Shown here piece after piece: positions 1 through 7,375 of a stretch of 15,315 bases of DNA. Source of the DNA: Candidatus Aenigmatarchaeota archaeon (GTDB taxonomy: Archaea; Aenigmatarchaeota; Aenigmatarchaeia; QMZP01); the NCBI GenBank assembly GCA_038999435.1, contig JAVZYR010000015.1:1-15315 (forward strand), given 5' to 3'. A program made the translations under genes and the position numbers. How positions within the stretch are numbered: the stretch's first letter is position 1; the number at the start of each line of letters is the position of its first letter. Under the pieces are notes generated by a model. That model saw only the letters and a program-made list of their open reading frames with translations, searched no databases and had not been told where the DNA came from.

Positions 1-354
1 ACAGAGCTTTTCAAAAATGCTGCCCTTGCACTCTTTGAAATAATGGTGAATACAAAAAAAGTTGAGCCAAAGATCAGGAAAAAAATATCTGTGAAAGGTG
101 ATGATATAAAATCTCTGATGTTCAAATGGTTGAATGAATTGATATTTTATGTTGATGCACAAGGGCTTGCATTCTCAAGATTTGATGTAAAGATAGATGA
201 GAAGAAAATGACATTGGATGCTGAAGTTTGGGGGGAGAGGATAAACCCTGAGAAGCATGAAATAAGAGAAGATGCAAAGGCATGTACATATCACAAGATG
301 GAAATAAAAAAGAAAAAAGGTGGATGGGAGGCACAGATAATAATAGACATATAG
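1..354 (+). CDS. Archease (RtcB activating cofactor), 5'-partial
   Basis: Frame is open from base 1 (TELFKNAALALFEIMVNT...), so the true start lies upstream of the window. Archease motifs LMFKWLNELIFY, WGE, and C-terminal KACTYH...AQIIIDI. Confidence 0.93.
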   Translation, partial: TELFKNAALALFEIMVNTKKVEPKIRKKISVKGDDIKSLMFKWLNELIFYVDAQGLAFSRFDVKIDEKKMTLDAEVWGERINPEKHEIREDAKACTYHKMEIKKKKGGWEAQIIIDI

Positions 355-357
355 CAA

Positions 358-486
358 ATGGAAAGACCTAAAAGATGCCCAAACTGTGGTGCAAAGTTGG
401 TTTTTTTCTTAAATGAGTGGGTTTGTCTTGAATGTGAATGGCATGGTCAGAAAATTACAAAAAGGATCAAAGGCTCATTTCGATAA
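358..486 (+). CDS. 42-aa CPxCG-type zinc-ribbon microprotein (not in ORF track)
   Basis: Hand translation: MERPKRCPNCGAKLVFFLNEWVCLECEWHGQKITKRIKGSFR*. ATG is 3 nt after the archease stop. Two CxxC pairs with zinc-ribbon spacing. Confidence 0.75.
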   Translation: MERPKRCPNCGAKLVFFLNEWVCLECEWHGQKITKRIKGSFR

Positions 487-747
487 TACAAATTTTACAA
501 CAAACCTTTCTTTTCCCTTTTTCTGAACAGCCTTCATTTTAACAGGTATTCCAAATCTTTCTTGCAGCAAAAAAGCCATATCATCAAACCAATCTTTAAA
601 TCCGCATGTCCTGCAGAATGGCCCTGAAAATTCTATGAAAATTGACATTCTATCATGTTTTATGAATTTTGCATTAGACTCAGGTGATCTGTATCTGTTA
701 TACTCATTGATTGCTGCTAAAATTTTTTCTATTTCAGGCTTTCTCAT
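475..747 (-). CDS. Small archaeal hypothetical protein with FSGPFCRTCG (CxxC) motif, possibly NifU-C-like
   Basis: 90-aa ORF whose start overlaps the rtcB stop (ATGA). The beta-strand-GxxCxxC pattern resembles the NifU C-terminal domain (inference). Confidence 0.7.
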   Translation of the reverse strand: MRKPEIEKILAAINEYNRYRSPESNAKFIKHDRMSIFIEFSGPFCRTCGFKDWFDDMAFLLQERFGIPVKMKAVQKKGKERFVVKFVLSK

Positions 748-2183
748 CCTTTCACAACACCAACCGGCACGAGTTTTGCAACTGTCTTGCTAAGCCCTGC
801 TACCTCACAAACCCGCACAACCTCATGTATATTCTTATAAACACCAGGTGCCTCTTCAGCAAGTACAGACCATGAAGCAGACCTAACTGTTATGCCTCTT
901 TGTGCAAGTTCAGTCTTAACCTTCTCCCCTCGATATTTTTTCAGCGCGCCATGTCTTGAAAGAACACGACCTGCACCATGACATACAGAACTAAATGTCT
1001 CCTCTTCTGCCTTCTTCGTTCCAACAAGGATATATGATGCAGAACCCATATCTCCTGGTACAAGTACTGGTTGACCTATCTTTTGATAATCAACAGGTAT
1101 GTCAGGGCTACCAGGCCCAAAACATCTTGTTCCACCCTTTCTATGCACAAACACCTCGCGTATTTTTCCATCTATGCTATGCTTTTCAAGCTTTCCTATG
1201 TTATGTGCAACATCATAGACAACCTGTAGGCCTATATCTTCTTCTTTCATTCCAAGTGTTGATATGATGGCCTGCCTCACCCAATGTGTTATCATCTGCC
1301 TATTTGCCCATGCAAAGTTAGCACTGCAGCACATTGCCTTGAAATAATCCTCGCATTCTTTTGTTCCTGCTGGTGCATACACAAGCTCTCTATCAGGAAG
1401 TCTTTCCACTATCGATTTAAACTTGCTCTCAAGTATGCTAAGATAATCTGTACATACCTGGTGACCAAGTCCTCGCGAGCCTGTGTGAATCATAACACAT
1501 ATCTGGTCAACCCTTTCTATCCCAAACACCCGAGCTATCTCTGGCTGATATATCTCTGCAACGCGCTGTATCTCAAGAAAATGATTTCCAGCACCAAGAG
1601 AACCGAGTTGTGGCATGCCACGCTCTATTGCTTTGTTCGAAACCTTTGAAGCATCTGCCTGGGCCATGCATCCACCTTCTTCTAAATGCCTTATATCATC
1701 CTCTTTGCCATAGCCATTTTCAACAGCCCATTTTGCGCCCTTTTCCAGAACCTCTCTTATCTGGCCTGATGTTAGTTTAACAATCCCTCCTCTTCCAACG
1801 CCAGAAGGTACATTCTTGAATATCGCCTCAACAAGTGCCTGTATCTTCTGTCTTATATCATTGATTGTGAGATTTGTTCTGAGCAGCCTTACACCACAAT
1901 TTATGTCAAATCCTATCCCACCAGGGCTCAGCCCACCTTCTTTTGCATCGAGTGCTGCGACGCCTCCTATTGGAAAGCCATATCCAAAATGCACGTCAGG
2001 AAGGGCTATAGAATGTTTGTATATACCTGGAAGGGTTGCAACATTTACTGCCTGTTGTATTGCACCTTCTTCGATATCTCTGAGCAACATCTCTGAAACA
2101 AAAAACCATGCAGGTACCTTCATTGCTCCTTCTTTTGGATATTCCCATATACAATCCTCAATCCTTTTCAGCCTTTCTTTCAT
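744..2183 (-). CDS. rtcB: RNA/tRNA-splicing ligase RtcB
   Basis: Motifs PDVHFGYGFPIGGV, GFDINCG, GSLGAGNHFLE, HTGSRGLG, HRKG and HGAGR; 479 aa, no intein. Confidence 0.98.
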   Translation of the reverse strand: MKERLKRIEDCIWEYPKEGAMKVPAWFFVSEMLLRDIEEGAIQQAVNVATLPGIYKHSIALPDVHFGYGFPIGGVAALDAKEGGLSPGGIGFDINCGVRLLRTNLTINDIRQKIQALVEAIFKNVPSGVGRGGIVKLTSGQIREVLEKGAKWAVENGYGKEDDIRHLEEGGCMAQADASKVSNKAIERGMPQLGSLGAGNHFLEIQRVAEIYQPEIARVFGIERVDQICVMIHTGSRGLGHQVCTDYLSILESKFKSIVERLPDRELVYAPAGTKECEDYFKAMCCSANFAWANRQMITHWVRQAIISTLGMKEEDIGLQVVYDVAHNIGKLEKHSIDGKIREVFVHRKGGTRCFGPGSPDIPVDYQKIGQPVLVPGDMGSASYILVGTKKAEEETFSSVCHGAGRVLSRHGALKKYRGEKVKTELAQRGITVRSASWSVLAEEAPGVYKNIHEVVRVCEVAGLSKTVAKLVPVGVVKG

Positions 2184-2209
2184 ATTTAGATTTACTTTTC
2201 GATTTAAAC

Positions 2210-2614
2210 CTATTCAGCGACAGAATGCCTCGCACCACATGCCTCACAGACTATAAACTCATAGCCTCTTTCTTTTATCAGTCTTGTGTCTGGCTTTCCA
2301 CACTCTTTACATATGACATATTTTTTAACATATAACTCAATCTTTTTGTTTACAGTATCCAATGAAAAGTTACCAAGCACAACAAGCCTTTGATTTACAA
2401 TCTCACCTTTTGTTGCAAGCTCCTTTAACATAAATTTGAGTATATGCTCTTTTGGTCTTCTTAGCATGCCAGCAATATCGAGAAAGTTTGTTATAATGGT
2501 TTTTGCACCTGATGTCTGTATAGAGGCCTTAGGTATCTCAAATCTCTCTTTCGTTTCTGCTTTTTTTGGGATTGCTGATAGCACCTCTTTGAGCAGTTCT
2601 TGATACTCTTCCAT
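2210..2614 (-). CDS. eif2b: Translation initiation factor aIF-2 beta subunit
   Basis: ERFEIP, TIITNF, KELAT, YVICKECGKPDT and CEACGA zinc ribbon. Confidence 0.96.
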   Translation of the reverse strand: MEEYQELLKEVLSAIPKKAETKERFEIPKASIQTSGAKTIITNFLDIAGMLRRPKEHILKFMLKELATKGEIVNQRLVVLGNFSLDTVNKKIELYVKKYVICKECGKPDTRLIKERGYEFIVCEACGARHSVAE

Positions 2615-2654
2615 AATTTTACTTGTAAGAGGTCTTAAAATCTGTTAAAAATAC

Positions 2655-3569
2655 ATGATAGAAATAATAAATATGTTTGAACTTTTTTGCGCACTGCTTA
2701 GCATATCATTTTTAGGCATCCTTCTCTATTGCTTAGCATACAAAAGAACAAGTATAGCATATCTTGTTGCTTTAGGTATAGCTGCATTTATTTTATTAAG
2801 ATATGTCTGGTTTGCATGGGTACTAAGTCCGCTCATGCTTCTACCATTCTTCAAAAAGATGAGATATGAATTTATTATGATGTGTTGTATGTTGCCTGCA
2901 ATCCCACTTGCATACTTTCTTCTTGAGCTTTTCAGTACATCTTCAATCCCTTTCATTGGCTGGGTTGCACTTTTTACTGCAGTGATTGTGTGTGTATTTG
3001 GAATACTTGGGGTATTTGAAAATGACATAAGAAAATATCTTTTTTACTCAAATACATTACAAATATTCTTTGTCTTACTTGATTTGTCTGTTGGTGCTGC
3101 AGCAGGAAAGCTTGATATACTTGGTGCAATCCAAATATTAAATTATACGATTGCAGGTCTGCTCTTCTTTCTCTCAATTGGGATAATCAGCAGAAATGGC
3201 ATGTACATGGAGATAGATAAACTTGAAGGAAGGTATTATTCTGATAAGAAAAATGCTGCATGTTCTATTATATCAGGGCTCTCTCTTGTTGGCCTTCCTG
3301 GACTTAATATATTTGTTTCCGAATTCTTTCTTTTTGCAATCGCTTTTGAAATAAATCCACTTATCAGCATATTAGGTGTGTTTGCTGCGCTGATATTGTT
3401 TATTATGTATTTCAAGATACCATATGTGCTACTTGTTGGCAGAGAACAGCCAACAATCAAAACATCTAAAACATTAACAATGTTTAATATTGCATTGTGC
3501 TTTGCCTGTATCATTTTGGGTATATTTCCCCAATTGCAGATATTCTTGCTTACAGAAGTATTTATATGA
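2655..3569 (+). CDS. Short NuoM/MrpD-like antiporter-family membrane subunit of group 4 hydrogenase
   Basis: Very hydrophobic. NDIRKYLFYS and GLSLVGLPGLNIFVSEF match the C-terminal half of the proton-antiporter module. Only 304 aa; alternative start at 2673. Confidence 0.8.
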   Translation: MIEIINMFELFCALLSISFLGILLYCLAYKRTSIAYLVALGIAAFILLRYVWFAWVLSPLMLLPFFKKMRYEFIMMCCMLPAIPLAYFLLELFSTSSIPFIGWVALFTAVIVCVFGILGVFENDIRKYLFYSNTLQIFFVLLDLSVGAAAGKLDILGAIQILNYTIAGLLFFLSIGIISRNGMYMEIDKLEGRYYSDKKNAACSIISGLSLVGLPGLNIFVSEFFLFAIAFEINPLISILGVFAALILFIMYFKIPYVLLVGREQPTIKTSKTLTMFNIALCFACIILGIFPQLQIFLLTEVFI

Positions 3570-3721
3570 AAAAGAAAGAAAGTACATATCTTGGTGGAGA
3601 AGCAGATAGTCCTGAAAAGGTTGCGCCAAGGATATTCGAGCACTTTCTTAGCAAAAAGGCTATGTTTGGTGTACTTGCAATGATATCTGCATTTGCAGTT
3701 TTGGTGATGTTATGGATGTAA
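3566..3721 (+). CDS. 51-aa single-TM hydrogenase membrane subunit (MbhI/NuoA-loop-like YLGGE motif)
   Basis: ATGA overlap with the upstream stop and overlap with the downstream gene. Sequence MKKKESTYLGGEADSPEKVAPRIFEHFLSKKAMFGVLAMISAFAVLVMLWM. Confidence 0.65.
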   Translation: MKKKESTYLGGEADSPEKVAPRIFEHFLSKKAMFGVLAMISAFAVLVMLWM

Positions 3722-4116
3722 TAAAAAGATCACCCTGGGTTTGCTTCTTTAACAGTGGTGGTTGCAATGGCTGTGCAATTGAGATAATTGCTGCTATCAC
3801 ACCAAGATATGACATTGAAAGATTCGGATGTCTGCTTAAATCAAGTGCAAGACATGCTGACATACTCATTGTTTCAGGTGCACTCGTTGAGCAGGGAAGG
3901 GAGAGATTGATTCGTGTATATAACCAGATGAGCCCTAGAAAAAAGGTTATGGCAGTTGGGGCATGCGCGCTATCAGGCGGGCCATTCAGGGAAAGTTATA
4001 ATATAAAAAAGAGGGTTGACAGTGTTATACCAGTAGATATGTATGTGCCTGGTTGCCCACCAAGGCCAGAAGCAATCATAGATGGGCTTGCAAAGCTGTT
4101 AAGGAGGATGAAATGA
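3712..4116 (+). CDS. Group 4 [NiFe]-hydrogenase small subunit (NuoB/EchC/MbhJ-like)
   Basis: GGCNGCAIE, YDIERFG, GACALSGG and PGCPPRPEAI supply the Fe-S ligands. Confidence 0.95.
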   Translation: MDVIKRSPWVCFFNSGGCNGCAIEIIAAITPRYDIERFGCLLKSSARHADILIVSGALVEQGRERLIRVYNQMSPRKKVMAVGACALSGGPFRESYNIKKRVDSVIPVDMYVPGCPPRPEAIIDGLAKLLRRMK

Positions 4117-4433
4117 GTATTGAAAGTAAGATAAAAAGGATTGGCAGACCGAGATTGATTGCAATGATATGCATTGAAGAAGGGGAATTCAGGTTGATAT
4201 ACAGATTTGACAAAGATGGAAAAATGATTGATATAACGCAAAAAATCAAAAAATCAAATCCTGTTACAAATTCAATCTCTCACATATATCCATCTGCTGA
4301 AATGTATGAAAGGGAAATACATGATTTTTTCGGTATTGAATTCAAAGGAAACAAAAGATTGCATGAAAGGCTTTTCCTTCCTGATAACTATAAAGGAATG
4401 CCACCACTGAGAAAGGAGGTAAAAAATGCATGA
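4113..4433 (+). CDS. NuoC/EchD/MbhK-like hydrogenase subunit
   Basis: SISHIYPSAEMYEREIHDFFGIEFKG and PPLRK motifs. Start re-placed at the ATG at 4113 (ATGA overlap, AGGAGG upstream). Confidence 0.9.
   Translation: MSIESKIKRIGRPRLIAMICIEEGEFRLIYRFDKDGKMIDITQKIKKSNPVTNSISHIYPSAEMYEREIHDFFGIEFKGNKRLHERLFLPDNYKGMPPLRKEVKNA
4414..4420 (+). promoter_or_regulatory. Shine-Dalgarno site AGGAGGT of the hydrogenase large subunit
   Basis: AGGAGGT 5 nt before ATG 4426. Confidence 0.7.
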
Positions 4434-5586
4434 TTTTACAATTCCAATAGGTCCACAAAACCCAAGTCTAAAAGAGCCGACATGTTTAAGGATAGACCTA
4501 AAAGGAAATTACATTCAGAGCGCAAGAATAAGGCTTGGTTATATCCATAGAGGATTGGAAAGGCTTTTAGAGGGAAAGGATATACTAAAAGCCCTTTACA
4601 TAATTCAAAGGATATGCGGGATATGTCCTGCAACACATGCCATCTCATATACAAGAGCGATCGAGTCTGCACTTAAGATAAGGCTCGAAGAAGATGTTGT
4701 TTATCTGAGAATGCTTGAAGCAGAGCTTGAAAGGATTGCATCGCATTTGTTATGGGCTGGATATATGTCCCATGAAATCGGTTATGATATGCTGTTTATG
4801 TTTTTTTGGAGGGAAAGGGAAAGGGTACTTGAGATATTTGAAAAGGTGATGGGTGGAAGGATACACAGAAACAATTTCAAGATAGGTTCTGTGAGATATG
4901 GCCTTGAAAAAGGGGATAAGAGATTTATTTTAGAGAGGTTAGATGTGATTAAAAAGAATATTCAAAACTATCTATCTACGTACCGCTCTGATAGGGTAAT
5001 CAAAAGCAGATTAAAGGGTGTAGGGGTTATAACAAAAGAGGATGCAAGAAGGCTATGTGTGGTTGGACCTGTGGCCCGTGCATCTGGGATAAACAATGAT
5101 GTGAGAAGGACGGATCCATACCTTGCGTATGATGATGTTGAATTTGAGATACCTTTAGAAGATGATGGAGATGCACTCGCAAGGGCAATTGTTCGACTAA
5201 GAGAGATACTCGAATCGATAAAAATAATATCACAGATAATTGAATGTGTTAAAGAAGATGCAAAGCTACCTGAATTCAAGCCTGAACCGTTTGATGCAGA
5301 GACATCAGCCCGCTCAGAAGCACCAAGAGGGGAAAACTTCCACTTCCTAAAAATTAAGAACGGTGTCATAGAAAGGGTAAAGGTTAGAACACCAACATTT
5401 GCAAACATCGTAGCCCTTGAGCATATGCTGAAAGGGGCAGAGATAGGTGATACACCTGTGGTTGTTGAATCGCTTGACCCGTGCTTTGCATGTATGGAAC
5501 GTGTATTGATTGCAAATCGCACCAAAGTAGAATGCCTAACAAAAGAGCAGTTCATGGCAAAATATGTGAGGCGAGGATATGATTGA
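4426..5586 (+). CDS. Group 4 [NiFe]-hydrogenase large (catalytic) subunit
   Basis: Both Ni-binding motifs are intact (RICGIC and DPCFAC), followed by MER and a C-terminal extension typical of proteolytically matured subunits. Also GYIHRG and EAPRGE. Confidence 0.95.
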   Translation: MHDFTIPIGPQNPSLKEPTCLRIDLKGNYIQSARIRLGYIHRGLERLLEGKDILKALYIIQRICGICPATHAISYTRAIESALKIRLEEDVVYLRMLEAELERIASHLLWAGYMSHEIGYDMLFMFFWRERERVLEIFEKVMGGRIHRNNFKIGSVRYGLEKGDKRFILERLDVIKKNIQNYLSTYRSDRVIKSRLKGVGVITKEDARRLCVVGPVARASGINNDVRRTDPYLAYDDVEFEIPLEDDGDALARAIVRLREILESIKIISQIIECVKEDAKLPEFKPEPFDAETSARSEAPRGENFHFLKIKNGVIERVKVRTPTFANIVALEHMLKGAEIGDTPVVVESLDPCFACMERVLIANRTKVECLTKEQFMAKYVRRGYD

Positions 5587-6430
5587 ATTTTTATTTATCC
5601 TCTGTGTAATTCCAATTTCGCTATTATTTTTTGGTATAGAAAGAAAACTAACTGCAAGATTTCATAATAGAGTAGGTCCTCCTATATGGCAGCCATTCTA
5701 TGACATAGCAAAACTTTTCCAAAAAGGCCGATCTGATTCGAGGGCTCAAAAAAACATATTTTTCAGGCTTTGTCCAATTGTCTATTTCCTATCTAGCATA
5801 CTTTTATTTCTATTTATACCTTTCAGTTTTATCTCATTTGATTATGATTTCATACTTTTGATATACATTACAATCCTTTGCTCTGGCCTTTATGTACTTG
5901 CTGGTTTTTCAAGCAATTCACCCTTTGGCATCCTTGGCTCGATGAGGGAGATAATAACAATGGTTGCATATGAGATTGTTTTTGCACTATCTGTCTTTTC
6001 ATTCATGATTGCGGCTGGAGTAAAAAGCATTGCTGCATATCCACCAGGCCTACATTTTCTTGAAGCACCACTTGCAACTATATGCCTTCTTTTTGTCACA
6101 ATACTCGAAATAAGGATAACCCCATTTGATACTGCAGAGGCAGAAACAGAAATACTCTATGGCTATAAAACTGAATTCAGTTCAAGGGGGCTTGCGCTCA
6201 TCGAACTTTCCCGTTATATGAAGCTGCTCTTTTTCATATTTTTCATCACATTCCTCTTTTTTGGTCCAATGCACATAGTCCCTTTTTTGCTTATCAGTCT
6301 AGCAATGCTCTTTTTGCTTACCTTGGAAAAGGTTACAACACCAAGATACAGGGTTGAAGAAGTTTTTAAATTTTTTATTCCTGTACTTGCCCTGGCACTC
6401 ATAGAAATAACAAGATTGATAATATTATAA
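5579..6430 (+). CDS. NuoH/EchB/MbhM-like membrane subunit
   Basis: ERKLTARFHNRVGPPIWQPFYDIAKL, and PFDTAEAETEILYGYKTEFS. Confidence 0.95.
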   Translation: MIEFLFILCVIPISLLFFGIERKLTARFHNRVGPPIWQPFYDIAKLFQKGRSDSRAQKNIFFRLCPIVYFLSSILLFLFIPFSFISFDYDFILLIYITILCSGLYVLAGFSSNSPFGILGSMREIITMVAYEIVFALSVFSFMIAAGVKSIAAYPPGLHFLEAPLATICLLFVTILEIRITPFDTAEAETEILYGYKTEFSSRGLALIELSRYMKLLFFIFFITFLFFGPMHIVPFLLISLAMLFLLTLEKVTTPRYRVEEVFKFFIPVLALALIEITRLIIL

Positions 6431-6431
6431 T

Positions 6432-6752
6432 ATGTCGCTGTTAAGAGAGGCACTATCAAATCTGTTTAAAAAGCCGTTTACAAGGCGCTATCCAAAAGAG
6501 GGCGCAAGACCATATCCAAGATTTAGAGGGATGCTCGTCTATAAATCAAAAAAATGCATTGGTTGTCAACTATGCAACAGAAATTGCCCTTCTGCTGCAA
6601 TAACATTTTATAAAAAGGGTCGTATAGATTTTGACATGTCAAAATGCATGCAATGCGGATTATGTGTTGATGTTTGTCCAGTAGATGCAATAGAATGGAG
6701 CACGAATTTTGAAATGGCTGCAGCAGACAAGAAAAAATTTATCATCAGATAA
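6432..6752 (+). CDS. NuoI/EchF/MbhN-like 2x[4Fe-4S] subunit
   Basis: TRRYP...FRG, plus CIGCQLCNRNCP and CMQCGLCVDVCP. Confidence 0.95.
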   Translation: MSLLREALSNLFKKPFTRRYPKEGARPYPRFRGMLVYKSKKCIGCQLCNRNCPSAAITFYKKGRIDFDMSKCMQCGLCVDVCPVDAIEWSTNFEMAAADKKKFIIR

Positions 6753-7170
6753 GATCTTTACATATTTTATCCAAAATCCTTTCTGTTTTTGAAACAATTC
6801 CTTTTAGTTGTTTTTTGAGCTCTTTGCTTATCCCTATGCCATAGCCTATATTGTATGGTTGTATGCCTATGATGGCAATTTTTTTATTCAAAAGCCTTGC
6901 TATCAGATCTATTGGTATACTATGCGTTGAACTAAAAATTGTATGCACATCTTCAATTCTGAAAAATTTTACATCGCCTGCCCTTCCACCCCAATCAACC
7001 GCATCCAAAAATATCACAAACTCGGCATCTTTTAAGATATGAAGAAAATTTTCAGGATTAGGACCTGCGCATATCTTCTTGCCATCAAATCTGACTTTTT
7101 TTATAACAATGTTGGCAATATTGTCATCTGATTTTAGAGGATTGCCAACAGAGACAAGTATCTTTTGCAT
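6745..7170 (-). CDS. hycI: Hydrogenase maturation endopeptidase (HycI family)
   Basis: VGNPLKSDD, PEN, DAVD, STHSIP and IGIQP motifs; convergent with the hydrogenase operon. Confidence 0.9.
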   Translation of the reverse strand: MQKILVSVGNPLKSDDNIANIVIKKVRFDGKKICAGPNPENFLHILKDAEFVIFLDAVDWGGRAGDVKFFRIEDVHTIFSSTHSIPIDLIARLLNKKIAIIGIQPYNIGYGIGISKELKKQLKGIVSKTERILDKICKDLI

Positions 7171-7171
7171 T

Positions 7172-7210
7172 ATAGAAATCTTTATATATCAGAAATCTAA
7201 ATATTTCTAT
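7172..7210. promoter_or_regulatory. Inverted repeat formed by two opposed BRE/TATA-like promoter elements
   Basis: 7172-7187 ATAGAAATCTTTATAT versus the reverse complement of 7195-7210 ATAGAAATATTTAGAT, 14/16 identical. The minus-strand copy sits about 25-31 nt upstream of the hycI ATG. Confidence 0.55.
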
Positions 7211-7231
7211 CCATTTGAGGGGGAAAATTAG

Positions 7232-7266
7232 AATCTTGATTCAGTTAGGGGGACTGAATTAAGATT
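7232..7266 (+). repeat. Stem-loop with 14-15 bp stem upstream of ftsZ
   Basis: AATCTTGATTCAGT-TAGGGGG-ACTGAATTAAGATT. The only non-Watson-Crick pair is G.U on the + strand. A T5 tract follows at 7279-7283. Confidence 0.7.
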
Positions 7267-7322
7267 GAAAGTGAACTGTTTTTGATAGATAAAAGTATTT
7301 AGAAAAGATATTAAAAAGCATT

Positions 7323-7354
7323 TCGTCACCGCAATATATATATTGTGGTGATGA
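7323..7354 (+). repeat. 32-bp near-perfect palindrome centred on TATATATA upstream of ftsZ
   Basis: TCGTCACCGCAATATA|TATATTGTGGTGATGA gives 14/16 Watson-Crick pairs; both mismatches are G.U on the + strand. Confidence 0.75.
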
Positions 7355-7364
7355 TAAGAAGAAA

Positions 7365-7370
7365 AGGAGG
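7365..7370 (+). promoter_or_regulatory. Shine-Dalgarno site of ftsZ
   Basis: AGGAGG 5 nt before ATG 7376. Confidence 0.7.
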
Positions 7371-7375
7371 GAAAA

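Noticed and set aside
1885..1925. Possible intein at the RtcB DINC site
   Set aside because: GFDINCGVRL is contiguous and the protein has normal length.
4426..5586. Respiratory complex I NuoD, Mbx/Mbs or selenocysteine hydrogenase interpretation
   Set aside because: Both CxxC Ni-binding motifs are present as Cys codons with no in-frame TGA, and a maturation protease is adjacent.
7216..7263. Short ORF as a cdrS remnant or leader peptide upstream of ftsZ
   Set aside because: Only 15 codons from a TTG start, with no ribbon-helix-helix resemblance.
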